This document shows, piece after piece, positions 63,775 through 64,000 of a stretch of DNA of 64,000 bases. The stretch comes from Yuukianura sp. NJ FZ-2021 (lineage: Eukaryota): contig CM102290.1 in assembly GCA_046563655.1 (NCBI GenBank), forward strand, positions 9,362,001 through 9,426,000. The letters are read 5' to 3'. The position numbers were made by a program, and so were the translations under genes. The notes under the pieces are model-generated. The model was not told the origin of the DNA. It did not search any database and was given only the letters and a program-made list of their open reading frames with translations. How positions within the stretch are numbered: position 1 is the first letter of the stretch; every line of letters begins with the position of its first letter.

Positions 63775-63790
63775 CAGCCCCCTGGTGGAC
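63775..63790 (-). promoter_or_regulatory. Candidate CTCF-binding site
   Basis: The minus strand reads GTCCACCAGGGGGCTG, containing the canonical CTCF core CCACCAGGGGGC, about 1.3 kb upstream of the PlexA ATG. Motif match only. Confidence 0.4.
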
Positions 63791-64000
63791 TCACAACGAA
63801 TCAAACCCTGCGCCATCTTTTTCAGCATTCCCTTATAACTTATTCAGCATTAATGATTAGATATGTAATTCGCTTTCCCAAGAATAAAGATTGGCGATTC
63901 CTGCATCTTCTAACTGTATTCGGGGTGAAATTTTTCATTTTGTACGGGAATTTTTTGCCAGCAATCATAGTTAAACTTTTATTAGTCTTGAGCTGTACTG

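Overview
This is eukaryotic DNA from an arthropod. The many 55-100 bp GT-AG introns and the gene set suggest a compact hexapod genome, possibly a springtail; that assignment is inference. Nothing prokaryotic is present (no CRISPR array, operons or rRNA/tRNA seen). From left to right the window holds: the 5' part of a Dbx-type homeobox gene (-, runs off the left edge); a ~12 kb gene-free upstream region with a (GACA)n Helentron-like element and a 39-bp minisatellite; a two-LIM CRP/MLP-like gene (-); PGM2-family phosphoglucomutase (-); a long MRP1/ABCC1 transporter (+); a secreted JHBP/Grp7-allergen (TULIP-like) lipid-binding protein (-); Zwilch (-); an unrecognised 5-exon secreted precursor (+); retroactive/rtv (-); a hAT-type MITE; FANCD2 (+); a ~318-bp palindromic tandem array; and Plexin A (-). 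The best leads are (1) two tandem 221-nt paralogous, probably mutually exclusive MRP1 exons that swap the TM13-TM14 specificity segment, and (2) an orphan ~258-aa prohormone-like gene with dibasic sites and a natalisin-like FxPxR-G-R motif, which the ORF track shows only in fragments. Gene identities come from recalled family motifs, not database searches, and exon boundaries were read by eye.
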